A DNA stretch of 64,000 nucleotides. Source: an uncultured Dialister sp. (GTDB taxonomy: Bacteria; Bacillota; Negativicutes; Veillonellales; Dialisteraceae). Below the pieces are notes generated by a model. The model searched no databases and was not told the DNA's origin. It saw nothing but the letters and a program-made list of their open reading frames with translations. Below are positions 18,506-28,661 of this stretch, in pieces. Each line of letters starts with the position of its first letter. Positions within the stretch are counted from its first letter, which is position 1. The stretch is from NCBI GenBank assembly GCA_902462205.1, contig CABQAR010000003.1, positions 9,982-73,981 on the forward strand, written 5' to 3'. Position numbers and translations under genes: made by a program.

Positions 18506-18961
18506 TCAGGAAGCATTGACTGACCAGGAATTGATGCGGAGCTGGCTGACGAAGCCTGTTTCTTCATCGACTTCGCTCCCTATTTCCAGCGTGCCTGTCA
18601 CCGATATAGGGGTGTCGTAAGGAAGGGCGGTGATGTCCTCGTTGACCTTGACCACGATGATATTATCCGGCCAGTCGGCATCGGAGCTGCAGAACGGGCA
18701 GACGGACATCGGTACCTCCGTGAGGACGAAGAAATGGATTGTCGGCGTCAGAGGGGGAGCCATATATCCGGTCATCGTCACTTCAAGGCCTTTCAGGGAA
18801 GTCAGCTTTTCTGAAAAGATAAGCGCGCCGCCGGACCATCCGGCATACATTTCTTCAAAGGATAAGGTTTCCGCGGAAACAGGAAAGAGGGATAATGATG
18901 AGAAAATCATTATGGCAAAGAGGGACTTTACAGGCAGGAGGCGGCGTAAAACCGTCTTCAT
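18506..18961 (-). CDS. Secreted DUF3299/ZrgD-like OB-fold protein with CxxC
   Basis: Signal peptide; 'V.MTGYMAP', 'FFVL..P...CPFC', 'PISVTGTL'. Confidence 0.7.
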   Translation of the reverse strand: MKTVLRRLLPVKSLFAIMIFSSLSLFPVSAETLSFEEMYAGWSGGALIFSEKLTSLKGLEVTMTGYMAPPLTPTIHFFVLTEVPMSVCPFCSSDADWPDNIIVVKVNEDITALPYDTPISVTGTLEIGSEVDEETGFVSQLRINSWSVNAS

Positions 18962-20799
18962 TTATTCTTGTTGCCGTTGATGCCGAGGGCGCGGAGTATG
19001 CCGAAGAAAACCTCCGTATTATCCATGACGCCATGGAAATAATCGGAACCCGGCCCTCCTGCATTGAGGAGGATGTCATCAGCGGAGTGGACCTCCTGCG
19101 GATCGTCTTTCGGCGTATTGGCTATGATGAGTTCGGCCGGATCGCCCGGGTGGATGCGGGCCGGATTTGCTTTGGAGCTGGCTTTCACCACTTGGTGGTA
19201 TTCTATCTTGTCTCCGTTCTTTACGGCTTCTTCCGCAGTTTCATTGACGGACAGGGCCGGCGGAATCGGTGTTTTCATGAAATGGTAGTTTTCATAATAT
19301 TCGGGATGGTTGGCATATTGTACAGCCACGGTTACATCGGGATCGGGATTTTCAGGGAAGCCGTCGCCATTGGCATCCTTGAATGTGGGGAAAATAGAGT
19401 TCGCATATACGCGGACGGCCTGTGTGCCTTTCTTTCCGTCTCTTTCGTGGTAAGTGCCGCTGATAGAAACGCCGTGGCCATGGTCGGCAAGGACGATGAT
19501 GAGGGTGTCATCTCCTCTTGCCTTGTTCCATTTCTCTGCGTATTCGACCGCTTTGTCAAATTCGATGGTGTCATAGGTCGCACGCTGCCAGTCCATGACG
19601 TGGAACTGTTTGTCAATGGAAGCGCCTTCAATCATGGCAAAGAAGCCGTTCGGATTCTGGGAAAGGATATCCAGTGATTTTTTCGTCATATCGATCAGGT
19701 TGGGCTGGTCGGGGAATTCCTTGAGAACCTTTGGATTTTTGAGCATTTCTCTGTCGATATACACGTTCATGGTGGATGTATGGAACAGACCCAGTAACGG
19801 CTTGTCAGATGGCGCACTCTTCATTTCCTCCGCATTGGTAACGAAAGTGTATCCTTTATCCTTGAATCCCTGTATGACGTTGATATCATCCTTGCGCTTC
19901 GAGCCTGCCATGCTCTTCGGGATATACCGCTTAGAACCGCCGCCCATGATGACGTCGGGGCGGTGGTAGTCTTCCAGATAATCCTTGGCAAGGAAATCCT
20001 GATTCGCTCTTCTTCTGGTATGGCCGATCATGGCGGCCGGCGTGGCATCCGTGGTTTCTGCGGTGGTGATGATGCCGACGGACATGCCGCGGGTACGTTT
20101 CAGTATTTCGGAAATGTTTTCCACTTTCGGATCGTCAAAGGGATCTTTTGTGGAATCTTCATAGACGCCCATGGCGTTGACTACAGACTTATGGCCGGTA
20201 GCATAGGCGGAAGCAGAATTCGCGCTGTCGGTGACGAGGGAATCGTAGCCGCTGGTAGTGATGATGGCGTTATGATCCAGTTTTTCCATGGCGAGCAGGT
20301 CATTATATTTACCGTTCGTCTGTCCTTTAGAAATGATGCGTGCCAGCTCGCGGGCCTGCAGTGACATGCCGTCTCCGACGAAAAGGATGACGTTCTTTGC
20401 CTTCTTCTGCGACTTCTCAGAAACGACCGTATAGCTGGCGGAGGCAGTGGACAGAGAAGAGCCGTCCTTTGCCGTTACAGATATTTTCATGTTTCCTGGA
20501 TCTTTGAAAGTCACACCATCCACCCGAAAAGCTGTAACTCCATTTCCAAGATCTTTCTTATCCATAGCTTTGCCAAAGAATTTTTCCGCAGGGATTCCGT
20601 TGACCTGGATAGCCACATCGCCGAGAGCTTTCGCATGGGATACCTCCACATCGAAATCAAAGCGGGCACCTGCCCAGAACTTAGCCGTATCCACCGGTAA
20701 TATCCTGATATCCGCCGCACGGACCGCCTGCATGCTTCCCAATAGGGTGCCGCCGGCAATCAGGCTCAGAATCAGGCTCTTCATCCATCTTTTTTTCAT
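18958..20799 (-). CDS. Alkaline phosphatase (PhoA family) with extra N-terminal domain
   Basis: 'NVILFVGDGM', catalytic 'VTDSANSASA', 'DATPAA', 'IEGASIDKQFH', 'LADHGH'; signal peptide. Confidence 0.92.
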   Translation of the reverse strand: MKKRWMKSLILSLIAGGTLLGSMQAVRAADIRILPVDTAKFWAGARFDFDVEVSHAKALGDVAIQVNGIPAEKFFGKAMDKKDLGNGVTAFRVDGVTFKDPGNMKISVTAKDGSSLSTASASYTVVSEKSQKKAKNVILFVGDGMSLQARELARIISKGQTNGKYNDLLAMEKLDHNAIITTSGYDSLVTDSANSASAYATGHKSVVNAMGVYEDSTKDPFDDPKVENISEILKRTRGMSVGIITTAETTDATPAAMIGHTRRRANQDFLAKDYLEDYHRPDVIMGGGSKRYIPKSMAGSKRKDDINVIQGFKDKGYTFVTNAEEMKSAPSDKPLLGLFHTSTMNVYIDREMLKNPKVLKEFPDQPNLIDMTKKSLDILSQNPNGFFAMIEGASIDKQFHVMDWQRATYDTIEFDKAVEYAEKWNKARGDDTLIIVLADHGHGVSISGTYHERDGKKGTQAVRVYANSIFPTFKDANGDGFPENPDPDVTVAVQYANHPEYYENYHFMKTPIPPALSVNETAEEAVKNGDKIEYHQVVKASSKANPARIHPGDPAELIIANTPKDDPQEVHSADDILLNAGGPGSDYFHGVMDNTEVFFGILRALGINGNKNK

Positions 20800-21130
20800 C
20801 GTCTGTCTCCTCTCTGGAATGATTAAGCTACCTTTGAATATACAATGGCTCTGGCAAATTTCAGATAATATCGTGTACAGGCTGGGAAAAAAATAAATTA
20901 GAAATAGGGAGGATGGATAACGTATCCCATACAAAGGCCGTCTCGTGTCACTCTTTGGTAAAACAGGTCAAAAACAGATAAACTGCAATCAAAAAGCCGC
21001 CTGCGGTTTCATTGCAGGGCGGCAAAGAAAATGCTACCGGCAAAAACAAAGACATAAGAATGACATGCTTTTGCATTAAAAAATCACCGTACCTGAAAAT
21101 ACGGTGATTCCTGTTTGCATGCCGTTATAT

Positions 21131-21610
21131 TTAAACCGTGTCCAGATTCTTCAGAATCTTGCCGAGGACGCCTTGGAAAATTTTCATATCCGTGTCAGAT
21201 ACGCCCTGATAGAAGCGCCGGTCCAGATCGATGGCTTCCTGACGGCTGACCTCTTCGACTTCTCTTGCCCGGTCTGTCAGGTACAGGCGGTACTTCCTCG
21301 CATCCTCCTGCACGCGCTCTTTTCGGATGAAGCCTTTCTTGATCATGGTCCTGACCATGACGGTGATGGTCGGGTTGGTCAGATGGAGGTGTTCCTCGAG
21401 CACCTTCTGGGTGACGACTTCTTTTTTATGGGTGGAAAGATAGGCGATAATCAGCGCCTGTCGTGCAGTCAGTCCGTATTTCTTCATGATGGAAGACTGC
21501 TTCAGGAGCATGCGTTTGTGCGCCTGACCCAAGTTGTAGGTCAGGCCCATCTGATCGCTTTTCTGTAGGTCTCTTGGGTTTAAATGGATTTGTCTTTTCA
21601 TTCGTCTCAC
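21131..21610 (-). CDS. MarR family regulator
   Basis: 'GLTARQ', 'TNPTITVMV..MIKKGFIRKE...DAR..RLYLT'; exact start uncertain. Confidence 0.85.
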   Translation of the reverse strand: MRRMKRQIHLNPRDLQKSDQMGLTYNLGQAHKRMLLKQSSIMKKYGLTARQALIIAYLSTHKKEVVTQKVLEEHLHLTNPTITVMVRTMIKKGFIRKERVQEDARKYRLYLTDRAREVEEVSRQEAIDLDRRFYQGVSDTDMKIFQGVLGKILKNLDTV

Positions 21611-21741
21611 CTTGCTGTATCCAAATTAGAATTATTTACAGTGCTTGATTCGGACTGTAAACAGTAAAAATTATGAAAAAGAAGATAACGTTTTGATTAA
21701 GGCAAACTTGATTTATATAGGAGAAATCAGTTTTTACACTG

Positions 21742-22230
21742 TTATAAATGAGAAATGTTTCCGGACAGGGGGGTCATTTTCCCGCTGTCATCAGGGTCTC
21801 CGTTTTCTGTTACGATCCACTTGTCATGGCTGTCTATTTCACCCAGAAGATAATGTTCTCCCAGCTGGATGCGGAAGAATACCCGGCCAAGGTTTTCCTC
21901 ACGCCTCACAGAGAAAGAATAGACGGAAACAGCATAGCTGCCGTTCCAGACGATATTCATATTCTGTCTGATGGTGAGCGTCATCCGACCGTCCCGGCTT
22001 TCCGTTTCAAACATGGTCAGCCGTCCAAAGCCATCGTTGAAAAACACGGTAGAAGAGCTGCCGGCAGTGGAAGCACTGCTGGAATAATAGGAAGAATACT
22101 GGAATTCTTCTTCCAAATCGGATGGGGAAGAGGCGATTCTTGCCGTTCCTTCAGGTACATTGGCAGATGTTCCATAAGGCAGGCACAAACTGATGATGGA
22201 CACTGCCAGAGCATACTTGGAAAAACGCAT
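21742..22230 (-). CDS. Secreted hypothetical protein
   Basis: Signal-peptide-like MRFSKYALAVSIISLCLPYGTSA after GGAAGGG RBS. Confidence 0.6.
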   Translation of the reverse strand: MRFSKYALAVSIISLCLPYGTSANVPEGTARIASSPSDLEEEFQYSSYYSSSASTAGSSSTVFFNDGFGRLTMFETESRDGRMTLTIRQNMNIVWNGSYAVSVYSFSVRREENLGRVFFRIQLGEHYLLGEIDSHDKWIVTENGDPDDSGKMTPLSGNISHL

Positions 22231-22553
22231 AGAATCCCTTCCTGTGATGTATTTTGTTTGCCGAAATTGAATCATCCCGCATACGAGTCCTGTTCGCATG
22301 CGCATGATAGGCTGGGCGTGCGTTCAGAGATAATTGCACGCTAAACGTTAAAAAGGTTACTACTTCACGATTATTTTACCACGTCTTTTCAAAAAAATAA
22401 AATAAGGCAGTGAAAAATAATTTTATGTATGATTTAAATAATGTATTTCTAATCATTTATTGAGTTAGGCGCATAGGTAAAATATCTGTGGATTATGAAT
22501 AATATGCGTATTTTGGTATACTAAAGAAAATGATGGGAGGGTTCGTGAGGAGC

Positions 22554-22988
22554 ATGAAGATTCTTGTAAGCGCCTGCCTTTTGGGGCGGAAATGCAAGTA
22601 TAACGGGGGAGATAACCTGACGCCTGCCGTGGTGGAGTTCTGCCATGGAAAGGACGTGGTTCCGGTCTGTCCGGAAATGGAGGCGGGAATGCCGTGTCCG
22701 CGCGTTCCCGTGGAGATATGCCGTGGTCGGATCGTGGATAGGGACGGAAACGATCTGGATGGAATATATCGCAATGGCGTCGCCCGGGTCATGGAATCTA
22801 TTAAGGGTGGAAAAATAGATTTGGCCATCCTTAAATCAAGAAGCCCGACATGCGGCGTCCATGAAATTTATGACGGTACATTTTCTGAGAAAAGGATTAA
22901 AGGAAAAGGGCTGCTGACAAAAGAGTTACGCAGAAACCAAATTCCTGTCGTGGATGAAGAGGATAAAATGTTTGGAGGTGTTGATTAA
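22554..22988 (+). CDS. DUF523 / 2-thiouracil desulfurase family Fe-S protein
   Basis: 'ILVSACLLG..C.YNG', 'VCPE', 'LKSRSPTCG'. Confidence 0.88.
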   Translation: MKILVSACLLGRKCKYNGGDNLTPAVVEFCHGKDVVPVCPEMEAGMPCPRVPVEICRGRIVDRDGNDLDGIYRNGVARVMESIKGGKIDLAILKSRSPTCGVHEIYDGTFSEKRIKGKGLLTKELRRNQIPVVDEEDKMFGGVD

Positions 22989-23102
22989 AAAATAATTAAT
23001 ATATTATAATGTGTTTAGGAAATCCATTATCTGAGCGAAATATTTTTTATCGCGAAAACAGCAGAGGAAGTTTTTATTTGATTTGGGTAAAGGAGGCCTG
23101 TG

Positions 23103-23849
23103 ATGAAAAAGTTTTTGACAGCAGCGGCTTTGGCGGCATCACTTTTGTGCGGCGGCTCCGTTTTTGCGGAAGACACCGGAACGGAGGTCATGCCCGAGGG
23201 GAATCCCTCCCATCTGGAAATCGTGCTCGTGCTGGATAAGAGCGGATCCATGAGCGGACTGGAGAAAGATACGATCGGCGGATACAACTCCATGATTGAA
23301 AAGGAGAAAAAGCTCGGCATCGACGCCAATGTGACGACGGTCCTGTTCAGTGATGAATACAGGGTGGTCCATGACAGGAAAAGCCTTGCAGATATAGAGG
23401 AGATGACCGCGAGCGACTATATGCCCGGCGGCATGACGGCGCTTCTGGATGCGGTAGGGCGGACCATCCAAAAAATGGATATGGTGGACGGTATCCATCG
23501 TAAGGATGCGGGAAATAAGGTGCTTTTCGTCATAATCACGGACGGAGAGGAAAATTACAGTAAGGAATATAATTATGCATCCGTCAGGAAGCTGATCGAG
23601 GACAGGCAGAAGGAATCCGGTTGGGAGTTCGTGTTCCTCGGAGCAAATATCGATGCGGCTGCGGAAGCGGACGGACTGGGCATTTCGCGGGACAATGCGG
23701 TCAATTACAAAAATACGGGTTCCGGCGTCCGTGCCAATTTCAATGCGGTGGCAAGAATGTCTGAGGATATGGCAAAGAATGGTTCGATTGCCTCCGGCTG
23801 GAAGTCTGAAGTGGAAGAAGATGAGGATGCCGCACGGACAGGCAGATAA
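23103..23849 (+). CDS. Secreted vWA-domain protein
   Basis: Signal peptide; MIDAS 'LDKSGSM', 'GMTALLDA', 'IITDGEEN'. Confidence 0.88.
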   Translation: MKKFLTAAALAASLLCGGSVFAEDTGTEVMPEGNPSHLEIVLVLDKSGSMSGLEKDTIGGYNSMIEKEKKLGIDANVTTVLFSDEYRVVHDRKSLADIEEMTASDYMPGGMTALLDAVGRTIQKMDMVDGIHRKDAGNKVLFVIITDGEENYSKEYNYASVRKLIEDRQKESGWEFVFLGANIDAAAEADGLGISRDNAVNYKNTGSGVRANFNAVARMSEDMAKNGSIASGWKSEVEEDEDAARTGR

Positions 23850-23875
23850 ATTATTTTTCGGGAGCGGGGATTGTT

Positions 23876-24781
23876 ATGATTGTCGGCGGCATTGAGGCTG
23901 GCGGAACGAAGATCGTTTTCGGCGTGGCGGAGCTTGAGAACGGACAGGTGAGGATACTTGACCGCCGGCAGATGCCTACGGAAACAGCGGACGTATCCAT
24001 TCCGAAACTGGCCAGGTATTTTTCAGATAAAGATATAGAGTCGCTGGGGATCGCTTCCTTCGGACCGCTTGATCTGCGGAAGGAATCTCCGACCTATGGC
24101 TATGTGAAGGCGACGCCCAAGAAGGGATGGGAGGAAACGGATTTCGTCCGTCCTTTTGCAGATGGCCTCCGTGTTCCCGTCAATTTTGACACGGATGTGA
24201 ACGGGGCGGTTCTGGGCGAGGTGTGCCACGGCGCGGCCAAAGGCTGCGATTCTGCTTTGTACATGACGGTCGGTACGGGGATCGGCGCAGGCATATGGAT
24301 GAATGGCGGACTTGTCCATGGACTCGTCCATCCGGAAGCAGGCCATATGCTCGTCCTGCCGCATCCGAAAGACGTTTATAAAGGCAGCTGCCGTTTTCAT
24401 TGCGATGAGGACGGACGGTCCTGCTGCCTGGAAGGACTGGCGTCCGGCCCGGCCATTTCTGGACGGTGGGGGCGGCCGGGGAATGAACTGGCAGAGCGCC
24501 CGGAAGTGTGGGAGCTGGAAGTGTTTTATCTGGCGCAGGGGATTTCCAATCTTGTATTTTCCGTCTCCCCGGAGAAAATCATCCTTGGTGGAGGCGTTAT
24601 GCATCAGGCGTCTTTATTTCCCCTGATACGGAAAAGGGTGAAGGAGCTTCTGGGCGGATATATCCGCTGCGAAGAGCTTTTTTCCTCGATGGAGGAGTAT
24701 ATCGTTCCTCCTCTTCTTGGTGATGACGCGGGACTAATAGGTGCTTTTGAACTGGCCCGGCAGGTTTGGAGCAGGCAATAA
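23876..24781 (+). CDS. ROK family sugar kinase (fructokinase)
   Basis: 'GIEAGGTK', 'FGPLDL', 'TDVNGA', 'GTGIGAG', 'HPEAGH', 'CLEGLASG'. Confidence 0.9.
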   Translation: MIVGGIEAGGTKIVFGVAELENGQVRILDRRQMPTETADVSIPKLARYFSDKDIESLGIASFGPLDLRKESPTYGYVKATPKKGWEETDFVRPFADGLRVPVNFDTDVNGAVLGEVCHGAAKGCDSALYMTVGTGIGAGIWMNGGLVHGLVHPEAGHMLVLPHPKDVYKGSCRFHCDEDGRSCCLEGLASGPAISGRWGRPGNELAERPEVWELEVFYLAQGISNLVFSVSPEKIILGGGVMHQASLFPLIRKRVKELLGGYIRCEELFSSMEEYIVPPLLGDDAGLIGAFELARQVWSRQ

Positions 24782-24823
24782 AAAAGAACTTTCTGTGTAT
24801 TTCAGAAAGTTCTTTTTATTTTT
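24777..24823. terminator. Bidirectional terminator
   Basis: AATAAAAAAGAACTTTCTG/CAGAAAGTTCTTTTTATT between convergent genes. Confidence 0.75.
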
Positions 24824-25647
24824 TACTGGCGCTGGCTTTTATCTCTTGTACGGCAGAGTCCGCGGTCGCAGTTGCGGAGGAACCGGAGGAGATGTTCTAT
24901 TTCCGGGGTCGGTGGGAAGTCCTGTTCCATTTCATGGATGGCTTCAGATAATTTCAGGCCGGAACGGAAAATGGTGCGATAGGCTTTTCTCAGCCACAGC
25001 TTGACTTCGGGGGTGATATTGTTTCTAGACAGCCCGACGCTGTTCAGCCCGACGACGCGGGACGGATTTCCGTCAACGATCACGAAGGGGCACACGTCCT
25101 GTACGACCTTGGACATGCCGCCAACCATGGCGCAGGCGCCGATTTTCACAAACTGGTGGAGGCCGCTCATGCCGCCGATGACCGCATGGTCTTCCACGGT
25201 AACGTGGCCGGCTGCTCCGGAAAAGCTGGACATGACGATATAGTCACCGAAGTTGCAGTTATGTGCCACATGGGTGTAGGCCTGGAGCATATTGTGAGAA
25301 CCAATGCGGGTCTCGCAGTTTTCTCCGGTCGCACGATGGATGGTGACATATTCACGGAATTTATTATCATCGCCGATGACGACAGTGCTGTATTCGTCAT
25401 CGAATTTCAAATCCTGCGGATCTTCACCGATGACGGCGTGCGGATATATATGGTTGTTTTTGCCCATGCGGACATTTTTCGCAATCACAGCATGTGCGCC
25501 GATGATGGAGCCTTCTCCGATTTCACAGTTCGGCCCGATGACGGCGTAGGGCCCGATCACAACGTTTTTATGAAGGATGGCGGTGGGATCTATGACCGCC
25601 GTGTTGTGGATTTCAGGCTCTGCTGATTTGATGACTTTTAATTCCAT
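24823..25647 (-). CDS. lpxA: UDP-N-acetylglucosamine acyltransferase
   Basis: Hexapeptide repeats, 'PQDLKF', 'REYVTIHRAT', 'HVAHNC', 'HQFVKIG'. Confidence 0.95.
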   Translation of the reverse strand: MELKVIKSAEPEIHNTAVIDPTAILHKNVVIGPYAVIGPNCEIGEGSIIGAHAVIAKNVRMGKNNHIYPHAVIGEDPQDLKFDDEYSTVVIGDDNKFREYVTIHRATGENCETRIGSHNMLQAYTHVAHNCNFGDYIVMSSFSGAAGHVTVEDHAVIGGMSGLHQFVKIGACAMVGGMSKVVQDVCPFVIVDGNPSRVVGLNSVGLSRNNITPEVKLWLRKAYRTIFRSGLKLSEAIHEMEQDFPPTPEIEHLLRFLRNCDRGLCRTRDKSQRQ

Positions 25648-25845
25648 TCTCCCAATTCCCCTTTGGCAGCAGGCAAAATTGTCTGTTGTAGATTTTGATA
25701 CATACTATTCTTCTTTATATATACATCGGAAAGCCCGTTTTGAAATAAAACAGTAGCATTCGGGAAATATATATAATTTTCTTATTATTCTGCTTCTATC
25801 CTTTTGAAATCGTCAGTTTTTAACCGATTTCATAATTTAAAAATC

Positions 25846-26301
25846 TTATTTCTTTTCTCCTGCCGCGTTTTCCGGATCAGCCAGATAGAACAGGAAATCC
25901 GCAGAAGCCTTGAAGGTGTCCCCTACATGGCATTCGCAGTGTACTTTGCCCATGCGGCCGACGATCTTCGTGATGACCGCCTTGGTGACGAGCTGGTCTC
26001 CTGGGCGGACGGGGGAACGGAAACGGACCTTGTCCATGCCGGTGAACATCGGAATGAGCCCCCTGTTTTCTTCCGGGTACTGGAGGGCGACGCCGCCGAC
26101 CTGCGCCATGGCTTCACAGATAAGGACGCCGGGCATGATCGGATGGCCCGGGAAATGTCCCTGGAAAAACGGTTCGTTCATGGTGACGGATTTCACGCCG
26201 ACGGCGTAATCCATCGGTACAAGTTCGGTGATTTTATCGACCAGCAGCATCGGATAGCGATGGGGCAGGATTTCCATGATTTCTTCAATATTCAATTCCA
26301 T
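25846..26301 (-). CDS. fabZ: 3-hydroxyacyl-ACP dehydratase
   Basis: 'LPHRYPMLLVD', 'FFQGHFPG.PIMPGVLI.EAMAQ'. Confidence 0.97.
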   Translation of the reverse strand: MELNIEEIMEILPHRYPMLLVDKITELVPMDYAVGVKSVTMNEPFFQGHFPGHPIMPGVLICEAMAQVGGVALQYPEENRGLIPMFTGMDKVRFRSPVRPGDQLVTKAVITKIVGRMGKVHCECHVGDTFKASADFLFYLADPENAAGEKK

Positions 26302-26332
26302 AATTATGCCTCCTGAGTCAAGCTTTTTGCCG

Positions 26333-27181
26333 CTAAGGGCTTTGGTAACAAATTATTTTTTTCAATTCCATCAGTTTGGCGGCCAGCTCCGCATTCAGTT
26401 TGTGGCTGCCCAGAACGGAAATGATATGGGCCTGTATCGGACCGACGAGGGAAATGTCTCCTAAGATGTCAAGAATTTTATGACGGACAAGCTCGTCAGG
26501 GAATTTCAGCTTGGAAAGGCAGTCCGTTTCAGAATAAACGATGGCGTTTTCCAGCGTGCCGCCTTTTCCGAGCCCCATCTTCCGCATGGCGTCCAGCTCC
26601 CATGTGAAGCCGATGGTGCGGGAGGGGGCGATTTCCCTGATATAGGTGTCCGCGTCGATCGTAAAATCTTTCATCTGCGTGCCTAAAAGCGGATGGGGAT
26701 TGATCGAGGTGAATGTGATGCGGAGACCGTCATAGGGGAGGGCGGTGATGAATTTATTATCCTCGTATACGGCTACGCTCGTATCCAGAGTCAGTACGTC
26801 GATTTCTTTCTCCTGCTTTTCAATCCCTGCTTCCTGGATCATGTTGGAGAATGTGAGGGCGCCTCCGTCAGCAACGGGCGGTTCCGGCGAATCCATTTCC
26901 AAAATGCAATTGTCCACGTGGAGGGCATACAGGGCGGAGAGCAGATGCTCCACGGTGAACACCTTGGCCGCTCCCCGTTCAAGGGTGGTGGCGCGGAGCG
27001 TGCTTGTCACAAATTCGCTTTTCGCAGGCACTTCCGGACAGCCGTCCAGATCCATGCGCCTGAAAATGATTCCGCGGCCAGCCGGAGCAGGGCGCATCGT
27101 CAGTGTGACGGGCATGCCTGAATGAAGTCCGTCCCCTTTAAAAGAAACGGACCTGCCGATCGTATATTGGTTTCTTTTCAA
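26333..27181 (-). CDS. lpxC: UDP-3-O-acyl-GlcNAc deacetylase
   Basis: 'GLHSG', 'TVEHLLSAL', 'RHKILDILGD', 'GSH.LN'. Confidence 0.95.
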   Translation of the reverse strand: MKRNQYTIGRSVSFKGDGLHSGMPVTLTMRPAPAGRGIIFRRMDLDGCPEVPAKSEFVTSTLRATTLERGAAKVFTVEHLLSALYALHVDNCILEMDSPEPPVADGGALTFSNMIQEAGIEKQEKEIDVLTLDTSVAVYEDNKFITALPYDGLRITFTSINPHPLLGTQMKDFTIDADTYIREIAPSRTIGFTWELDAMRKMGLGKGGTLENAIVYSETDCLSKLKFPDELVRHKILDILGDISLVGPIQAHIISVLGSHKLNAELAAKLMELKKIICYQSP

Positions 27182-27357
27182 GATAAAATCCTTTCAAGAA
27201 CGATGTAATCATGATGCTAATAACTTATTATACAGCGAGTTGACCGTAAGTACAAATCGAAAAAGTTAATGAAAAACAGGAGTGAAATGCATTTTTTTAG
27301 AGGAAGGAAAAATAAAAACAGCGGCTATAAAAATCATGGAACCGCTGTCTTCATAAA

Positions 27358-27630
27358 TTAAGAATGCTTCTGCATCATTTTCCTTATCCGCGCCCGCCTC
27401 TGCCGGGCGGCCGCCTCGTCAATGATGATGTGGTGCCCTGCGCCGGTGACAAGCTCTTTCGGTTTGATTGCGGACGGTTTATTTCTGCCAAAGCGGCGAT
27501 AATCGAAACCGCCTCCAAGGGAACAGTCCGCGCAATCCGCACCGACCGCGCCCTTCCACATCTTATATAAGGAATATATAAACCAAGAAGCGATCAAGAG
27601 AATAAGAAAAGTTATGATGATATTGTTCAT
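27358..27630 (-). CDS. Small membrane protein with CxxC (resembles FeoB-associated Cys-rich proteins)
   Basis: N-terminal TM helix followed by 'KG..GADCADCS'; GGAGG RBS. Confidence 0.65.
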   Translation of the reverse strand: MNNIIITFLILLIASWFIYSLYKMWKGAVGADCADCSLGGGFDYRRFGRNKPSAIKPKELVTGAGHHIIIDEAAARQRRARIRKMMQKHS

Positions 27631-27826
27631 AAAGGCCTCCTGTAAAATATTTTATGTTAGCATTATAACATATGAATGTACAGGCAAGAGAAAAAATATC
27701 GGCTCATCAAAGTTTTCCGCGGAATGATATAATGACCATAGCTTATCAGTGAGAGTCCGGGCGATGCCTTCCTGTGGATTTCCATTCACAGTCCTGTCCG
27801 GGCCTATATAAAGAAAGGTGAAATCA

Positions 27827-28630
27827 TTGGATACGATTTTATTGGAAAAACAAAAAGCGCTCGAAGCGCATCTGAAAGGACTGGGATCCGTGGCCGTGGC
27901 ATTTTCCGGCGGCGTGGATTCCACATTCCTGCTCTATGAGGCCCATAAGGTGCTGGGGGATAAGGCAATCGCAGTGACGATGCGGCTGAATTCCGTTCCT
28001 GAAAGGGAGCTGGCAGAGGCAAAAGAATTCTGCGAAAAGGAAAATATCCGCCAGATCATTGTCGCAAGGGATCAGTTCCGGATCGACGGGTTTGCGGAAA
28101 ATCCGAAAGACCGCTGTTATATCTGCAAGTCGTATTTATTTTCTTCCCTGCAGTCACTGGCGGAAGAAAACGGTATTTCCCACATCATTGACGGAACGAA
28201 TTTCAGCGACATCGGTGGTTATCGCCCGGGGTTGAAAGCGCTGGCGGAACTCGGCGTCATCAGTCCGCTGAAGGAGGCGGAGCTGACGAAGGAGGAAATA
28301 CGGGCGTTATCAAAGGAGGAGGGACTTCCTACGTGGAGCAAGCCGTCCTTCGCCTGTCTGGCAACGCGGTTTCCTTATGGCGAACGGCTGACGGAAGAAA
28401 ATCTGCGCCGTGTGGAAGCAGCGGAACAGTTTTTGTTTGATCTCGGTTTTTCACAGTTCCGTGTCCGCAGCCATGGGCAGATCGCAAGGATAGAAGTGCT
28501 TCCGCAGGAGCTTGACCGACTGCTGGAACAGAGAAAAGCGGTGGCGGAAGTTTTGAAACGATTGGGATTTATGTATATCACGATGGATCTGGAGGGGTTC
28601 CGCTCCGGCTCCATGGATGCGCAGAAATAG
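27827..28630 (+). CDS. larE: ATP-dependent sulfur transferase LarE
   Basis: PP-loop 'SGGVDS', 'RCYICK', 'RPGLKA', 'KPSFACLATRFPYG', 'RVRSHG', 'GFRSGSM'. Confidence 0.92.
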   Translation: MDTILLEKQKALEAHLKGLGSVAVAFSGGVDSTFLLYEAHKVLGDKAIAVTMRLNSVPERELAEAKEFCEKENIRQIIVARDQFRIDGFAENPKDRCYICKSYLFSSLQSLAEENGISHIIDGTNFSDIGGYRPGLKALAELGVISPLKEAELTKEEIRALSKEEGLPTWSKPSFACLATRFPYGERLTEENLRRVEAAEQFLFDLGFSQFRVRSHGQIARIEVLPQELDRLLEQRKAVAEVLKRLGFMYITMDLEGFRSGSMDAQK

Positions 28631-28661
28631 GAAAGACAGACCGACAGGGAGTTTTCTTGAA

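Noticed and set aside
27740..27810. SAM-I or NiCo riboswitch upstream of larE
   Set aside because: CTTATCAGTGAGAG resembles the S-box start, but the downstream S-box motifs (GCAACC, GTGC.AA, GATGAG/GATAAG) are missing, as is the NiCo motif order.
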